Shown in pieces: positions 27,969 through 38,331 of a DNA stretch of 64,000 nucleotides; the stretch's first letter is position 1; each line of letters begins with the position of its first letter. The position numbers and the translations under genes are program-made. The stretch lies in IMG/VR virus record IMGVR_UViG_3300032030_000016. One strand, given 5' to 3'. The DNA is from a virus. Its lineage: Duplodnaviria > Caudoviricetes. The notes beneath the pieces are model-generated. The model was not told where the DNA came from, ran no database searches, and was given only the letters and a program-made list of their open reading frames with translations.

Positions 27969-28502
27969 ATGAAAGAAGATAAAATTACAAAAATGAGTTT
28001 AATTGATAATGAGCTTGGTAGTTTGATGAATGTTGTTTCACAAAAACTATTTAAAGCAAATGCTGTTATGGATTGTATCTCTTCAAGATTAGATACAGTT
28101 TTTGGAATGCCAAAAGCATCTGAAATCTTACATCATAGAATAGCTCATAAATTTCCACTTCTTGCAGATATTATTACGGAATATTTAGGAAAAAGAAATT
28201 ATGCTGTTTACTATGGTCTTATTCCACAGATAGATTATAGATATGATAAACCCTCAGAATATTTTTGGGAATTTGTTAATATAATGGGAGAAATAAGAGA
28301 TGATATTAATTTAGCTATTGAAAAAGCTGAATCTATAAAAGACTTTTCAGCATCTGACATTTTGTCATCTTTTTTGTCAGAATATGTTGATTTATATACA
28401 AAACAATCTTTTATCTTTTATTATCAATCATTACAAGAAGAAGAACACGGGAATTTATCATCTTTTAATTCTCATTTTGAAGACCTTATGATAATAGAAT
28501 AA
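27969..28502 (+). CDS. ferritin-like four-helix-bundle protein lacking canonical ferroxidase ligands
   Basis: GMPKAS, ADIITEYLGKR, INLAIEKAESIKDFSASDILSSF align by eye with ferritin helices. Confidence 0.55.
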   Translation: MKEDKITKMSLIDNELGSLMNVVSQKLFKANAVMDCISSRLDTVFGMPKASEILHHRIAHKFPLLADIITEYLGKRNYAVYYGLIPQIDYRYDKPSEYFWEFVNIMGEIRDDINLAIEKAESIKDFSASDILSSFLSEYVDLYTKQSFIFYYQSLQEEEHGNLSSFNSHFEDLMIIE

Positions 28503-28534
28503 TTTCTAATTTAAAAAAGAAATGTGGATTAGAA

Positions 28535-28825
28535 ATGGCAAAAAATGTATGGTTTTTATCTAGGACAATTAATAGATATTTAGGTAATGATTTATTTTTA
28601 ATGAGAGCTAAAAAGCAAAGGAGGCAACAGCGTATGAAGGGAAGTTTTTATCACGATAAAATTGAAGGCCCGCAGAAAGTGAAAGCATATTTTATAGCTG
28701 CTGAAAAAGACAATATTTCAACAACTACAGTTTATGATGAAATTGGGCAAATGGTTCTTTATAACGATGAACTTTATATTTATACAAAAGATCTTGAATA
28801 CAAGAAGATTTCAGTTGCTTCTTAA
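28535..28825 (+). CDS. hypothetical protein
   Basis: ORF immediately before the GT cluster; ends KISVAS. Confidence 0.65.
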   Translation: MAKNVWFLSRTINRYLGNDLFLMRAKKQRRQQRMKGSFYHDKIEGPQKVKAYFIAAEKDNISTTTVYDEIGQMVLYNDELYIYTKDLEYKKISVAS

Positions 28826-28857
28826 TTGAAAAAATTATATTATGAAAAAAAGGATTT

Positions 28858-29517
28858 ATGAGTAATAAAAGCATTTTAATCGCAATACCGAATATTGGAA
28901 CTGTTTCAACAAATTTTATGTCACAAATGCTTGGAATGAATTATGGTAAATATACCATTGGTTATAGATTTATAAAATCAAATTTATTATATTTATCGAG
29001 AGATAAACTTGCGTTATCTGCAATAAATAACAATTTTGATTATATATTATTTCTTGATACAGATCAACAAATACCAAATGATACCATATTAAGAATGGCA
29101 AAACATCTTGAGAATGGTGAAGATATTGTTACAGCGTTGATATTTACAAAAGAAAAACCATATAATCCATGTATTTATTCTGAATCAAAAATTCTAGAAA
29201 CAGGACAATTAAGTTTAAAATATTATCCCGTATCTGAAATACCTTTAGAACCTTTTTATGTTGAAAATTGTGGTTCTGGATGTGTTATGTTAAAAACTGA
29301 AGTATTTAAAAAAATTCCACAACCTTGGTTCCATCCATATATTTATTCAGGAGAAGATGTAACTTTTTTTCATGTTGCTACTCATACATATGGATATAAA
29401 ATTTTATGTGACCCAACAATAGATGTTGGTCATTGGGGAATTGAAAATATAAATAGAACAACGAAGTTGCTTTATGACGAAGAAGTTATTAGAATGAAAA
29501 GAGGTAATGTTTTATGA
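28858..29517 (+). CDS. glycosyltransferase (GT-A/GT2-like)
   Basis: FDYILFLDTD, GSGCVML, GEDVTF, VGH. Confidence 0.88.
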   Translation: MSNKSILIAIPNIGTVSTNFMSQMLGMNYGKYTIGYRFIKSNLLYLSRDKLALSAINNNFDYILFLDTDQQIPNDTILRMAKHLENGEDIVTALIFTKEKPYNPCIYSESKILETGQLSLKYYPVSEIPLEPFYVENCGSGCVMLKTEVFKKIPQPWFHPYIYSGEDVTFFHVATHTYGYKILCDPTIDVGHWGIENINRTTKLLYDEEVIRMKRGNVL

Positions 29518-30266
29518 AAAAAGTTCTTATAACTGCTCCAGTTCATCAAAGTGTAAATATTTTTAAAGAATATTTATGGTCTTTAAATAGATTGATTATT
29601 CCAGAGGATGTTGAAATAAAAAAGTTCTTTTATTTACATAACTGTGAAGAATTAAAAGAATTTTTAAATGAAGATGAATATATGATATTAAATGATGATT
29701 CATCTTTTGAAGTTACAGAAAAAACACATATGTGGAAAAATGAAAATTTTTCTGCTGTTGCTAGAATGAGAACAATGGCTCTTGAAAAAGCAAAAGAAGA
29801 AAATTTTGATTATATATTTTCAATTGATTCAGATGTGTTATTAAATCCAATTACTTTACAATTGTTAATTAATGATAATAAAGACATAGTTGGGAACATA
29901 TACTGGACTGATTTTGACGGAAAAGGTTTATTATTACCAAACTGTTATGATTATGAAAATTGTCAATTTAATCAACAAATTGGTGGAGTTGATAGATTAA
30001 AAATAATGGGAGTTTATAACATAGGAGTTGTTGGAGCTTGCACGTTAATTGGGAAAAGAATTATACAAAATGATTATATAAATTATTTTCCTATAAAAAA
30101 TATAAGTTCAACAAAATGGGAAGATCAGGCATTTATTACAAGATCAAGATGTTTAATTCCTGATATAACAGTTTGTGTTGATACAAGATTTCCTGCTCGT
30201 CATTTATATAGGCAATCTGAATATGAATTATGGATGAAAGATAAGAAAGAATGTTATGGGTATTAA
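29514..30266 (+). CDS. glycosyltransferase (GT-A/GT2-like)
   Basis: FDYIFSIDSD, GACTLI, WEDQAF. Confidence 0.88.
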   Translation: MKKVLITAPVHQSVNIFKEYLWSLNRLIIPEDVEIKKFFYLHNCEELKEFLNEDEYMILNDDSSFEVTEKTHMWKNENFSAVARMRTMALEKAKEENFDYIFSIDSDVLLNPITLQLLINDNKDIVGNIYWTDFDGKGLLLPNCYDYENCQFNQQIGGVDRLKIMGVYNIGVVGACTLIGKRIIQNDYINYFPIKNISSTKWEDQAFITRSRCLIPDITVCVDTRFPARHLYRQSEYELWMKDKKECYGY

Positions 30267-30975
30267 TAATCCAAAAATAGTTGTTGGAAGTCTTGTGTAT
30301 AATGAAGAACACAGATTTTTAGAGAAATATCTTTTAAATATAAAAAAATATGCAGATAAAATTGTTCTAATAGATGATGGCTCAACGGATAATTCTTTAA
30401 AAATATGCAAAGAAGTTACAAAAAATGTTTTTAAATCAGATAGATTATTCATAAAAAATGAAGTTGAATTAAGAAATGCTTTGTGGGTGAAATGTTCTGA
30501 GTTATGTAATAATGGTGATTTTATATTAATTCAAGATTGTGATGAATTTTTACATGATGATTCCATAGAACACTTAAAAGAAGAAATAAATACTTGTGTA
30601 ACACTTGAAGGCGATGCAATAGCATGGCGTTTATATGATATGTGGAATGAAACACAATATAGAGAAGATTCTTATTGGAGTGCACACAAAAGATGGTGGA
30701 TTCATATGGTAAGATATAATAATCAAATTAAATATATGTGGAAAAACACGAGATTACATTGTGGAAGAATTCCAATTAACTCATATTATAATGCATTTCC
30801 ATCAAAATTACAAATCTTGCATATGGGATATTCCAAAGAAGATTTGAGAAAAGAAAAATATAATTTCTATATAACTACAGATGCAGATGGTCAAAATGGA
30901 AATTTATTACAATATAATTCTATTTTAGATATAAATCCAAAGTTATTAGATTTTAAAAGCAATTATATTTTTTAA
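30256..30975 (+). CDS. glycosyltransferase (GT2)
   Basis: VYNEE, IDDGSTDNS, QDCDE, LHMGY. Confidence 0.9.
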   Translation: MGINNPKIVVGSLVYNEEHRFLEKYLLNIKKYADKIVLIDDGSTDNSLKICKEVTKNVFKSDRLFIKNEVELRNALWVKCSELCNNGDFILIQDCDEFLHDDSIEHLKEEINTCVTLEGDAIAWRLYDMWNETQYREDSYWSAHKRWWIHMVRYNNQIKYMWKNTRLHCGRIPINSYYNAFPSKLQILHMGYSKEDLRKEKYNFYITTDADGQNGNLLQYNSILDINPKLLDFKSNYIF

Positions 30976-30989
30976 AGGAGGAAAAAAAC

Positions 30990-32924
30990 TTGAAAATTGT
31001 AAATCTACCTGTTAAAAATTTTTCCTCCTCAAGAGAAGGAGATAATGCTGATTTTTTAAAAGTTACCTTAATGGCAGTAGCAGAAGGTAAAAATTTAAAT
31101 AATTCCATTTTCACTCTTGAAGGGATGAAAACTAATAAAGACACCTTCATAAATAAACCAATACTCTGTGCTTTTCCAAATAAACAAATAGGAGATAACC
31201 ATAATTTTGATATTGCTTTTGACCCAGAAACAGGTGAAGAATATCAAACTTTTCTTGATAAAAAAGCAGAAAAACCAGTTGGAATGATTCCTGAAAGTTC
31301 AAACATAAGAATTGAAAATATAGATGGGAAAAACTGGATAGTTTTAGATGGTTATATATGGAAAAAATATAATTATGAATTAGTCAAAGACATCTTAAAA
31401 AAGTCTAATGGTTGGTCAATTAGAAATAATAAAAATATTTCTGTTGAAATTATAGTAGATGATGAAACTATGGGATTTTCTGAAGATGGATATGAAATTT
31501 TAAATAATTGGACAGGTAATGGAATAACTATTCTTGCTGATAATGTTAATCCAGCAATAGAAGGTGCAAATATGAGTTTAGAAACGAAAGAAAAGAATTT
31601 TAGTAAAACTGATTATGATGAATATAAAAAAGGTTTTATGAAAGATTTCTCTTTATTTGCTAAAAAAGAAAAATATGGAACAGGAAAATCTTTAAAAATA
31701 GACAAAAGTAAAGAATCTGCTTCTAATGACAATTGGGGCGATATTGATAAAACCAAATTAAGAAATGATGTTTTAGAAGCAAAAAATTATAAATCAATTA
31801 TAAAAGATGTTTATTTAAAGGTAGAAGATGGCTGGGAAGATGCTCCATCTGAACATTTAAAATATCCTGTTATGCAAATAAAAAATAATACTCTTGTTTA
31901 TAATCTTAATGCTCTTTCAAGTGCATTGGGTTATGCAAAAAAAGAAAATGAAAATGAAGTTGTAAAAAAAGTCGAATCTATTCGCAAAAAGATGGGAATT
32001 GATGAAGACAAAAATAAGAATTTTGAAGAAAGGAGAAATATTATGAATTTTTCAGAACTTTTTGAAAATAATGACGAATATATTTTTATTGAAGCAATGG
32101 ATGAAAATAAAGTTCTCGTTTTTTCCAAATCAGAAAAAATCTTCAAAGCAATTCCTTATGAAGAAAGCGAAGATTCAAATGTTGTTCTTATGACAGAACA
32201 AGCAAAAGAATGTTCTTTATTTGTTACTGAAAAGGAAGAAATTGTTGAACAAGACAAAAAAGAAGAAAATATGTCATTGGATGAAAATGAAGAAATAATT
32301 GAACAAGATAAAAAAGAAGAAAATTTATGTGAAAAAATGAAATTTGCTTGTGAAAAAGAATTATCTGAAATTTTTGTAAAAATGATGGCAGACCAAACAG
32401 AAGAACAAAAAATAGTCGAACAAGATAAAATTGATGAAGAAGATGATGAAGATGATGATAAACACGAAGAAGAGCACGAAGAAGATTATCAAAAACTAAA
32501 AGAGGAATGTTGTGCTCTTAAAGAAGAAAAAGAATGTTTGAATTCTCAAATTATCTCTCTTAGTGAAGAATTAGAATCTTGTAAAACAGAATGTGAAGAA
32601 AAAACAAGGCAACTTTCTGAAGCTCAAGAAAAACTTCAATCTTATGTAGAAAAAGAAAAAGAACAAATGTATTCTGATATGAAAAACGAATTGAAAGAAT
32701 ACGCAAAAACTAATCACATGTCTGAAGAAGATTTCAAAGAAGCTGAAGAAAAATGTAAAGAATTTTCATCTATGGATGAATTTATGAAGTTTGTCGTATT
32801 TTCTCAATATGTTAAAAATAAAAACAATAAATCAAATGATTTTGTAAATATGGGTGGTGCTAATTTCGGACAACATGATATTCCATCTAGTGAAAACGTT
32901 TGGGAGAAATTAGCTAAGATTTAA
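30990..32924 (+). CDS. prohead protease/scaffold (YonD-like)
   Basis: NLNNSIF, KPIL, H, ISVEI, PAIEGA protease-like N-terminus; acidic coiled-coil C-terminus. Confidence 0.8.
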   Translation: MKIVNLPVKNFSSSREGDNADFLKVTLMAVAEGKNLNNSIFTLEGMKTNKDTFINKPILCAFPNKQIGDNHNFDIAFDPETGEEYQTFLDKKAEKPVGMIPESSNIRIENIDGKNWIVLDGYIWKKYNYELVKDILKKSNGWSIRNNKNISVEIIVDDETMGFSEDGYEILNNWTGNGITILADNVNPAIEGANMSLETKEKNFSKTDYDEYKKGFMKDFSLFAKKEKYGTGKSLKIDKSKESASNDNWGDIDKTKLRNDVLEAKNYKSIIKDVYLKVEDGWEDAPSEHLKYPVMQIKNNTLVYNLNALSSALGYAKKENENEVVKKVESIRKKMGIDEDKNKNFEERRNIMNFSELFENNDEYIFIEAMDENKVLVFSKSEKIFKAIPYEESEDSNVVLMTEQAKECSLFVTEKEEIVEQDKKEENMSLDENEEIIEQDKKEENLCEKMKFACEKELSEIFVKMMADQTEEQKIVEQDKIDEEDDEDDDKHEEEHEEDYQKLKEECCALKEEKECLNSQIISLSEELESCKTECEEKTRQLSEAQEKLQSYVEKEKEQMYSDMKNELKEYAKTNHMSEEDFKEAEEKCKEFSSMDEFMKFVVFSQYVKNKNNKSNDFVNMGGANFGQHDIPSSENVWEKLAKI

Positions 32925-32949
32925 AAAATAAAAAGGAGTTAAATATATT

Positions 32950-33495
32950 ATGGCATTAGAATATACTCACAATATGTTTGTGTCTCGCAAGATGGAAGCT
33001 GATTATGTTGGTCCTGATCTTGCGACTGTAAGTTTTTCTACTGAAAAGGACAATGGTGCTCTTTGTATTTTAGGCGCAGCTGTTTCCTCTTCTGTTTTCA
33101 ATCAGGTTGTTGATATGAATCATTATAACGGTGAAAATCCTGCTTCTGTTGACACTGATTCTATTTATGTTGTGGATGATCCCGGTGTTTTTGAATGTTC
33201 TGGTCTCCGTGTGGATATTGTTGACCCTCGTGCTTTCTCTGTCTCTGCTGGTACTCCTACTCGTGCAAAAAGACTTGTTGCTGGTGATGAAGGCTGGTGG
33301 AGCACTGGTTGTTTTGCAACTACTAATATTACTGTTGGCTCTAGTTACGTAGCTCCTGAAGCGAATAGCGAACAATGGGCTGTTTCCACTTCTCTTCCTA
33401 CAACTCGTGTGTATGGTCAAGTTATTGCTTCTGAAAATGTTGCTGTTGGTAATAGCATTGTTGCTGGTTATCGTGTCCGCATTCTTAAAAACTAA
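32950..33495 (+). CDS. capsid decoration/auxiliary head protein
   Basis: Between scaffold and MCP; high-expression codon bias. Confidence 0.6.
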   Translation: MALEYTHNMFVSRKMEADYVGPDLATVSFSTEKDNGALCILGAAVSSSVFNQVVDMNHYNGENPASVDTDSIYVVDDPGVFECSGLRVDIVDPRAFSVSAGTPTRAKRLVAGDEGWWSTGCFATTNITVGSSYVAPEANSEQWAVSTSLPTTRVYGQVIASENVAVGNSIVAGYRVRILKN

Positions 33496-33524
33496 TTATC
33501 TTGGAAAGGAGAAAAAAATAAACT

Positions 33525-34643
33525 ATGGCTACTAAATATTTTTCTTTATCTAATCTTTCCAATGGCATGAAAGAACAGGAAAAAACTATTGCTCAAGCAC
33601 TTTCTCAGCTTGGTTTATATAAACTGTATAGTGCTATTGGTAAAACCAATACTGTTGAAAATTTTTCTAATTTTGATTATGAACAGAAAAATGAACTCGC
33701 TCTTAATAGCTTAATGAAATATTGTGCTGAATACGCTGGTTGCGGCACTGATATTGAATCTCTGAAAAGTCCTGCTACTCGCAGAGATAAAGATTTCTCC
33801 AAGAAATTCTTCGGTATTCTTCAAGTTGCAACTGCTCCTGTAATCGCAGAAGTTGTCAATCAGGCTTTCGACCATGTTGCAGAAATTCGTAATGCTGGTT
33901 GGGGAGATTCTTTCTTGTTCCGTGTGGGTTCTCCTGCTCTGTTCCAAGTCAATATGCTTGCCCGTGGCATTAATCGTGGCGCTGCACAGCGTATCTATGA
34001 TGAAAATCTCACTCTTATCCCCACTAATCGTGAAGTAACTGTTTCTATGGATTGGTATCAGATTGCCGCTGGCCGTTACGATATGGGTGATTACCTGTTC
34101 CGTGTCGGTCGCTCTTTCGCTGCTGACATGTCTCAGATGGCATATAATGCTCTTGATGCCACTTTTGCATCTCTTCCTACTCCTCTGAAATATAGTGGTG
34201 CTTTTGATACTGAAACTCTTGATACTATGGTTCAACGTTTACAGGCATTGAATGGTCAGGCTATTTATGGTTTTGGTTCTCTTGGTGCTCTTTCACAGGT
34301 TCTTCCTGCGAATGACTGGTTGAAACTGCCTCTTGCTGAAGAATGGACATCTATGGGGTATGTTGGTCAATACCGTAGAGTTCGTTACGTATTGCTCGAA
34401 CAGAACATGGTTCCTGCTACTATTGGCACTTCTATGGACTTTGGTATTAGTCAGAATCGTATCTATTTGATGCCTATGTCTGCTGAAAAACCGATTAAGA
34501 TCGGCATTGAAGGGAACACTATGGTTTATGAAACTGATGCTGAAACTTCCGCTGATAATACCATTTTTGTCACTACACAGATGAGCTATGGTGGAGTTCT
34601 TGCTACAGCTAATCGCTATGGTATTTACGAAATTTCTGCTTAA
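33525..34643 (+). CDS. major capsid protein
   Basis: Position, 372 aa, strong codon bias, AAAGGAG RBS, followed by a palindrome. Confidence 0.85.
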   Translation: MATKYFSLSNLSNGMKEQEKTIAQALSQLGLYKLYSAIGKTNTVENFSNFDYEQKNELALNSLMKYCAEYAGCGTDIESLKSPATRRDKDFSKKFFGILQVATAPVIAEVVNQAFDHVAEIRNAGWGDSFLFRVGSPALFQVNMLARGINRGAAQRIYDENLTLIPTNREVTVSMDWYQIAAGRYDMGDYLFRVGRSFAADMSQMAYNALDATFASLPTPLKYSGAFDTETLDTMVQRLQALNGQAIYGFGSLGALSQVLPANDWLKLPLAEEWTSMGYVGQYRRVRYVLLEQNMVPATIGTSMDFGISQNRIYLMPMSAEKPIKIGIEGNTMVYETDAETSADNTIFVTTQMSYGGVLATANRYGIYEISA

Positions 34644-34663
34644 TTTTTAATTTAATATATTAT

Positions 34664-34695
34664 AAGATGTATCTCTAATATTAGAGATACATCTT
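34664..34695. terminator. perfect 32-bp palindrome after MCP
   Basis: AAGATGTATCTCTAATATTAGAGATACATCTT. Confidence 0.6.
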
Positions 34696-34726
34696 TATAT
34701 TATTATGAAAAAAAGGAAAAATAATA

Positions 34727-35419
34727 ATGAAAAAAAAAGAATCTTTTGATGAATCTTACGACAATGAACAAAAAGAAATTGAAAATTTTAAAAGTCAAAT
34801 TGATGAATTGCAAAAGCAAATAGAATATTTAAAAAATTTGGTTCAAACACAACAAGGAACTATTATTAATCAACAACAACAACAGGCAAGTAAAGAATAT
34901 TTGGTTATTAGTATGTTTGATGGGATTCTTGGATTAAAGACAAGACCAGAGCAAAAAACCCCTGCAATTAAGTTACATTTTAAAGAAACATACACTCTTA
35001 GAAGTGAAACTGAATTACAAGATTTTTATCTTGCAAATCGTAATGCTTTTGTAAATAAATACCTATTATTTGAAAGTCCTGCTGCAATTGAAGTTTTGCA
35101 TATTCAGGATGTAAAAAATGAATTAGATGTTGCAACATATGACAATCTTGGTAATTTATCATTAGATGCATTAGAAAGAGTTTATAAAAGTTGTAAAGAA
35201 TGGCAAAAAGACTTAATTCTTGATAAATTCATTACTGAATCAGTAAAAGGTAATTCAAATTACAATAACACTGATAAATTGGCTTTACTTGAAAAAATGA
35301 AAAATGAAGAAATTCCTATGATTATTTGGAATGATAAAAAAAATCAAGAAGAACAATCTTATGTCTATAATATCAATGATAAGATAGCAAAAACAAGAGA
35401 ATCTTTATCTTCTAAATAG
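34727..35419 (+). CDS. hypothetical virion-associated protein
   Basis: Position after MCP; N-terminal coiled coil. Confidence 0.65.
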   Translation: MKKKESFDESYDNEQKEIENFKSQIDELQKQIEYLKNLVQTQQGTIINQQQQQASKEYLVISMFDGILGLKTRPEQKTPAIKLHFKETYTLRSETELQDFYLANRNAFVNKYLLFESPAAIEVLHIQDVKNELDVATYDNLGNLSLDALERVYKSCKEWQKDLILDKFITESVKGNSNYNNTDKLALLEKMKNEEIPMIIWNDKKNQEEQSYVYNINDKIAKTRESLSSK

Positions 35420-35443
35420 TTTAAAATAAAGAAAGGAGATAAT

Positions 35444-36127
35444 TTGGGTACTCCGTTTACAAAAATATATGAAAGAACAATATCTCAATATATTGATGAT
35501 TTTGCCTTAAAAAAATATAACGGTTCTATTATTTCGATGAATCAGGATTTACAATCTTATCTTCTTTCAGCTATTCCAGAGTTTAATACGCCTATATCAA
35601 TTATTAAAAAAATACAAGATTATAATGAAGGAGAAGGGGTTACGGAAGAGTTTACAGGTGATGGCTTACAAACATCTTTTGTACTCTCTACTGAACCTCT
35701 TGAAAATTCTATAATAGAAATATCTATTGATTCATTAATAGTATCTGATGGATATACATACAATAAACAAACAAAAACAATATTGTTTGATACTCCACCT
35801 GAAGAAAATGTTAAAATTTTAATCTCTTGGTATTTTTGTGGTGAATTTACTAATGATTTAAATTTAACAGAACAAAATATTTTATCAGATTTAATGGTTT
35901 GGAAATGGCTGTTAAGGGAAAGAGATAATATCGCTGATATAAGGAGATTGCTTAGAGATACAGATTATGCTCTTTGGAGTGAAGATAAAACAATGGTTTC
36001 AAAAGCAAAATTAGCTGATATAGCTCGTGAAAAAGCCTCTAAATCAATGAAGCAATATGCTTGGTCTATCTATAATACAAATATGAACAAGGCATTTGGT
36101 TTACCTAATTATGCAAGTATAAAATAG
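35444..36127 (+). CDS. head-tail adaptor-like protein with an inserted beta domain
   Basis: TPFTKIY...EQNILSDLMVWKWL; FTGDG insert. Confidence 0.55.
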   Translation: MGTPFTKIYERTISQYIDDFALKKYNGSIISMNQDLQSYLLSAIPEFNTPISIIKKIQDYNEGEGVTEEFTGDGLQTSFVLSTEPLENSIIEISIDSLIVSDGYTYNKQTKTILFDTPPEENVKILISWYFCGEFTNDLNLTEQNILSDLMVWKWLLRERDNIADIRRLLRDTDYALWSEDKTMVSKAKLADIAREKASKSMKQYAWSIYNTNMNKAFGLPNYASIK

Positions 36128-36134
36128 GGGATTT

Positions 36135-36485
36135 ATGAAAGATAAAATTGGGAACATCAAAGATAATGCGCTTGCAGAATATTATAAAATGCTTATTGGC
36201 AGAGTATATAAACTTATGCCAATGAGAGAAAATAGCTCAAATCCCGACAATTGGAAAAAAGAAAAAGATAAACTTGTTTTAGAACTTCATTCTGGTGAAA
36301 AATTATTTAATGATTCAGGATTATATGTAGAAATAATCTATAAATTACAATCCCTCGATGAATTAGAACATATTCCATTTGATAGAAATTCTCCATTTAA
36401 AAAATGTATTATTGAAACAATAGATGTTATAAAACAATTATTAAAAAAGTTTGAGGAAAATTATGGGCAAGATAACCACAATTAA
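36135..36485 (+). CDS. hypothetical neck-region protein
   Basis: ORF in the structural operon. Confidence 0.65.
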   Translation: MKDKIGNIKDNALAEYYKMLIGRVYKLMPMRENSSNPDNWKKEKDKLVLELHSGEKLFNDSGLYVEIIYKLQSLDELEHIPFDRNSPFKKCIIETIDVIKQLLKKFEENYGQDNHN

Positions 36486-37776
36486 TTCACAAACTAATTA
36501 TAAAAACAATTTGAAAATTATACCATTTGAAAAAACTATTTTAGATGATTACTTTTGCAAAATTGATCAGGTATGGGAATATGCTCCTGATATTGAAACT
36601 GTAGAAATTCAAAAAGAATTTGGTTCTGATGAATATTATCCTTATAAAATGAGAGTTGTAAGAGTTTTTAATGCAAAAACACAAGATACTCGAAGTGATG
36701 ATTGGAAAGAATTTTTATCGCCAGAACCAGATTTTGATTTACCATATGGTTTATATCTAAAATGGAAAAACAATTACTGGATAGTTTATAATAAAGAAAA
36801 TTTTGATTATCCAACAAGAGGTGTAATTTGCAGAAGATGTATAACTACTTTCAATTGGATAGACGAATGGGGCAATTTAAAAATATATCCCGTTGTTATT
36901 GGTAAGCCGAAAGAAGCGTCCGATTATGTGAATGTTCAATTTACTAATCCCGGTGGCTTTAATGTATTTTATATGCAATTAGATGAACATAGTAAATACA
37001 TACGGCCAAATGATATATTCATGATTGGTAATACTGGATATTGGTCAAGTTATAAAGTTCAAGGTGGTGGTGTTGCAAACTACTTAAGAGAAGAAACATT
37101 AAACTCTACTGAAACTGGATTATTGTCATTGATTTGTTATATTTATGAAGGCAATAATGATACAGATAATCTTGAAATTGGCGTTTCACAATATTATGAA
37201 AAAATTTTCACAATGGAATTAGACCAATATAATATAGAACAATATTCTGGATTCTCTATTATTATAACCCCAACAATAAAAAGAGGGACTACAATAAGAA
37301 ATGACGTAGAATTGATTTGGCAATCTGCTGATGAAAATGTGGCAACTGTTAACGAATCTGGATTAATAACATTAATTAATAAAGGTGAAACAGATATAAC
37401 ATGTACTATGAAAAAAAATTCTTCTGTTTCACAAATTGTTCATATTAATAATCTTGGGCAAAAAGAAGAAGGACAAGACCAACCAGAAGAACAGTATGAA
37501 GTAAGAATTTATCCCAATATGTCAGAGATAAAACAAGGAACTTCACAAACATATAATGTCGAATATTATATTAATGATATTATAAACACACCTCAAAATA
37601 TTAAAATTGAATTAGATAGAAACAATGTTCCAAAAAAGAACTTTACTTTCACTGTATTGAATAATAGTTTCACTATTGTAAATAAATTAAAATATTTTGA
37701 TTCTCCATTAAAGGTAAATATATATATTGATGATATAATATTAAATAAAGAATACTGGTTAGTTGGTGCATTATGA
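36463..37776 (+). CDS. neck/head-closure-like protein with an Ig-like (Big_2) domain
   Basis: WQSADENVATVNESGLIT...GETDITCT. Confidence 0.7.
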   Translation: MGKITTINSQTNYKNNLKIIPFEKTILDDYFCKIDQVWEYAPDIETVEIQKEFGSDEYYPYKMRVVRVFNAKTQDTRSDDWKEFLSPEPDFDLPYGLYLKWKNNYWIVYNKENFDYPTRGVICRRCITTFNWIDEWGNLKIYPVVIGKPKEASDYVNVQFTNPGGFNVFYMQLDEHSKYIRPNDIFMIGNTGYWSSYKVQGGGVANYLREETLNSTETGLLSLICYIYEGNNDTDNLEIGVSQYYEKIFTMELDQYNIEQYSGFSIIITPTIKRGTTIRNDVELIWQSADENVATVNESGLITLINKGETDITCTMKKNSSVSQIVHINNLGQKEEGQDQPEEQYEVRIYPNMSEIKQGTSQTYNVEYYINDIINTPQNIKIELDRNNVPKKNFTFTVLNNSFTIVNKLKYFDSPLKVNIYIDDIILNKEYWLVGAL

Positions 37777-38330
37777 AATTAAATGAAGTAAATAATTATA
37801 CTATAAACACTTTCAAACAAATGCCAAATATACCTCAAAATTGTTGTTATAAACTTATTAATGAAAATGAAATGGTTTGGAAGTTATTAAAATACAATAC
37901 GAATGATGCGTGGAAAATGCCAAATTTAACAAAAGAAGAAAAAATAGCATTGATATATCCCGGAACACCAGACTATGAAGAAGATTATAATGTTTACTTT
38001 GATACCGCACAAGATGATGTTTATACTAAAGTGATGACCATGTTGAGAATAGTTGTATATGAAATTATACCTGATAATAGTGTTTATGGTGATATTTTAA
38101 TGGGATTTGAAATTTTTTCTCATTACAAAACCAATACTATGTCTAATGGAACAACAAAAGTAGATGTTATAACACAACAAATAATACAAGTTTTTAATGG
38201 TCAATTTGTTGAAGGTGTTGGAACATTGATTTTCAATAAACAGAGGTCTGCAAGATGCAGAGCTTTTGAATCTGGTTTAAAACCATATAAAGGTAAAATC
38301 TTGCTTTTTGCAAATAATTGTTTAAGTTAA
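37773..38330 (+). CDS. putative tail terminator/completion protein
   Basis: Position and size. Confidence 0.5.
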   Translation: MKLNEVNNYTINTFKQMPNIPQNCCYKLINENEMVWKLLKYNTNDAWKMPNLTKEEKIALIYPGTPDYEEDYNVYFDTAQDDVYTKVMTMLRIVVYEIIPDNSVYGDILMGFEIFSHYKTNTMSNGTTKVDVITQQIIQVFNGQFVEGVGTLIFNKQRSARCRAFESGLKPYKGKILLFANNCLS

Positions 38331-38331
38331 T

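Noticed and set aside
28858-30975. GTs as T4-like DNA glucosyltransferases
   Set aside because: No hydroxymethylase in the window and the genes lie in the head operon; judged less likely, not excluded.
33070-34235. Antisense and alternate-frame ORFs over the capsid genes (similar ones over the tail tube and TMP genes)
   Set aside because: Shadow ORFs caused by codon bias; no RBS or recognisable motifs.
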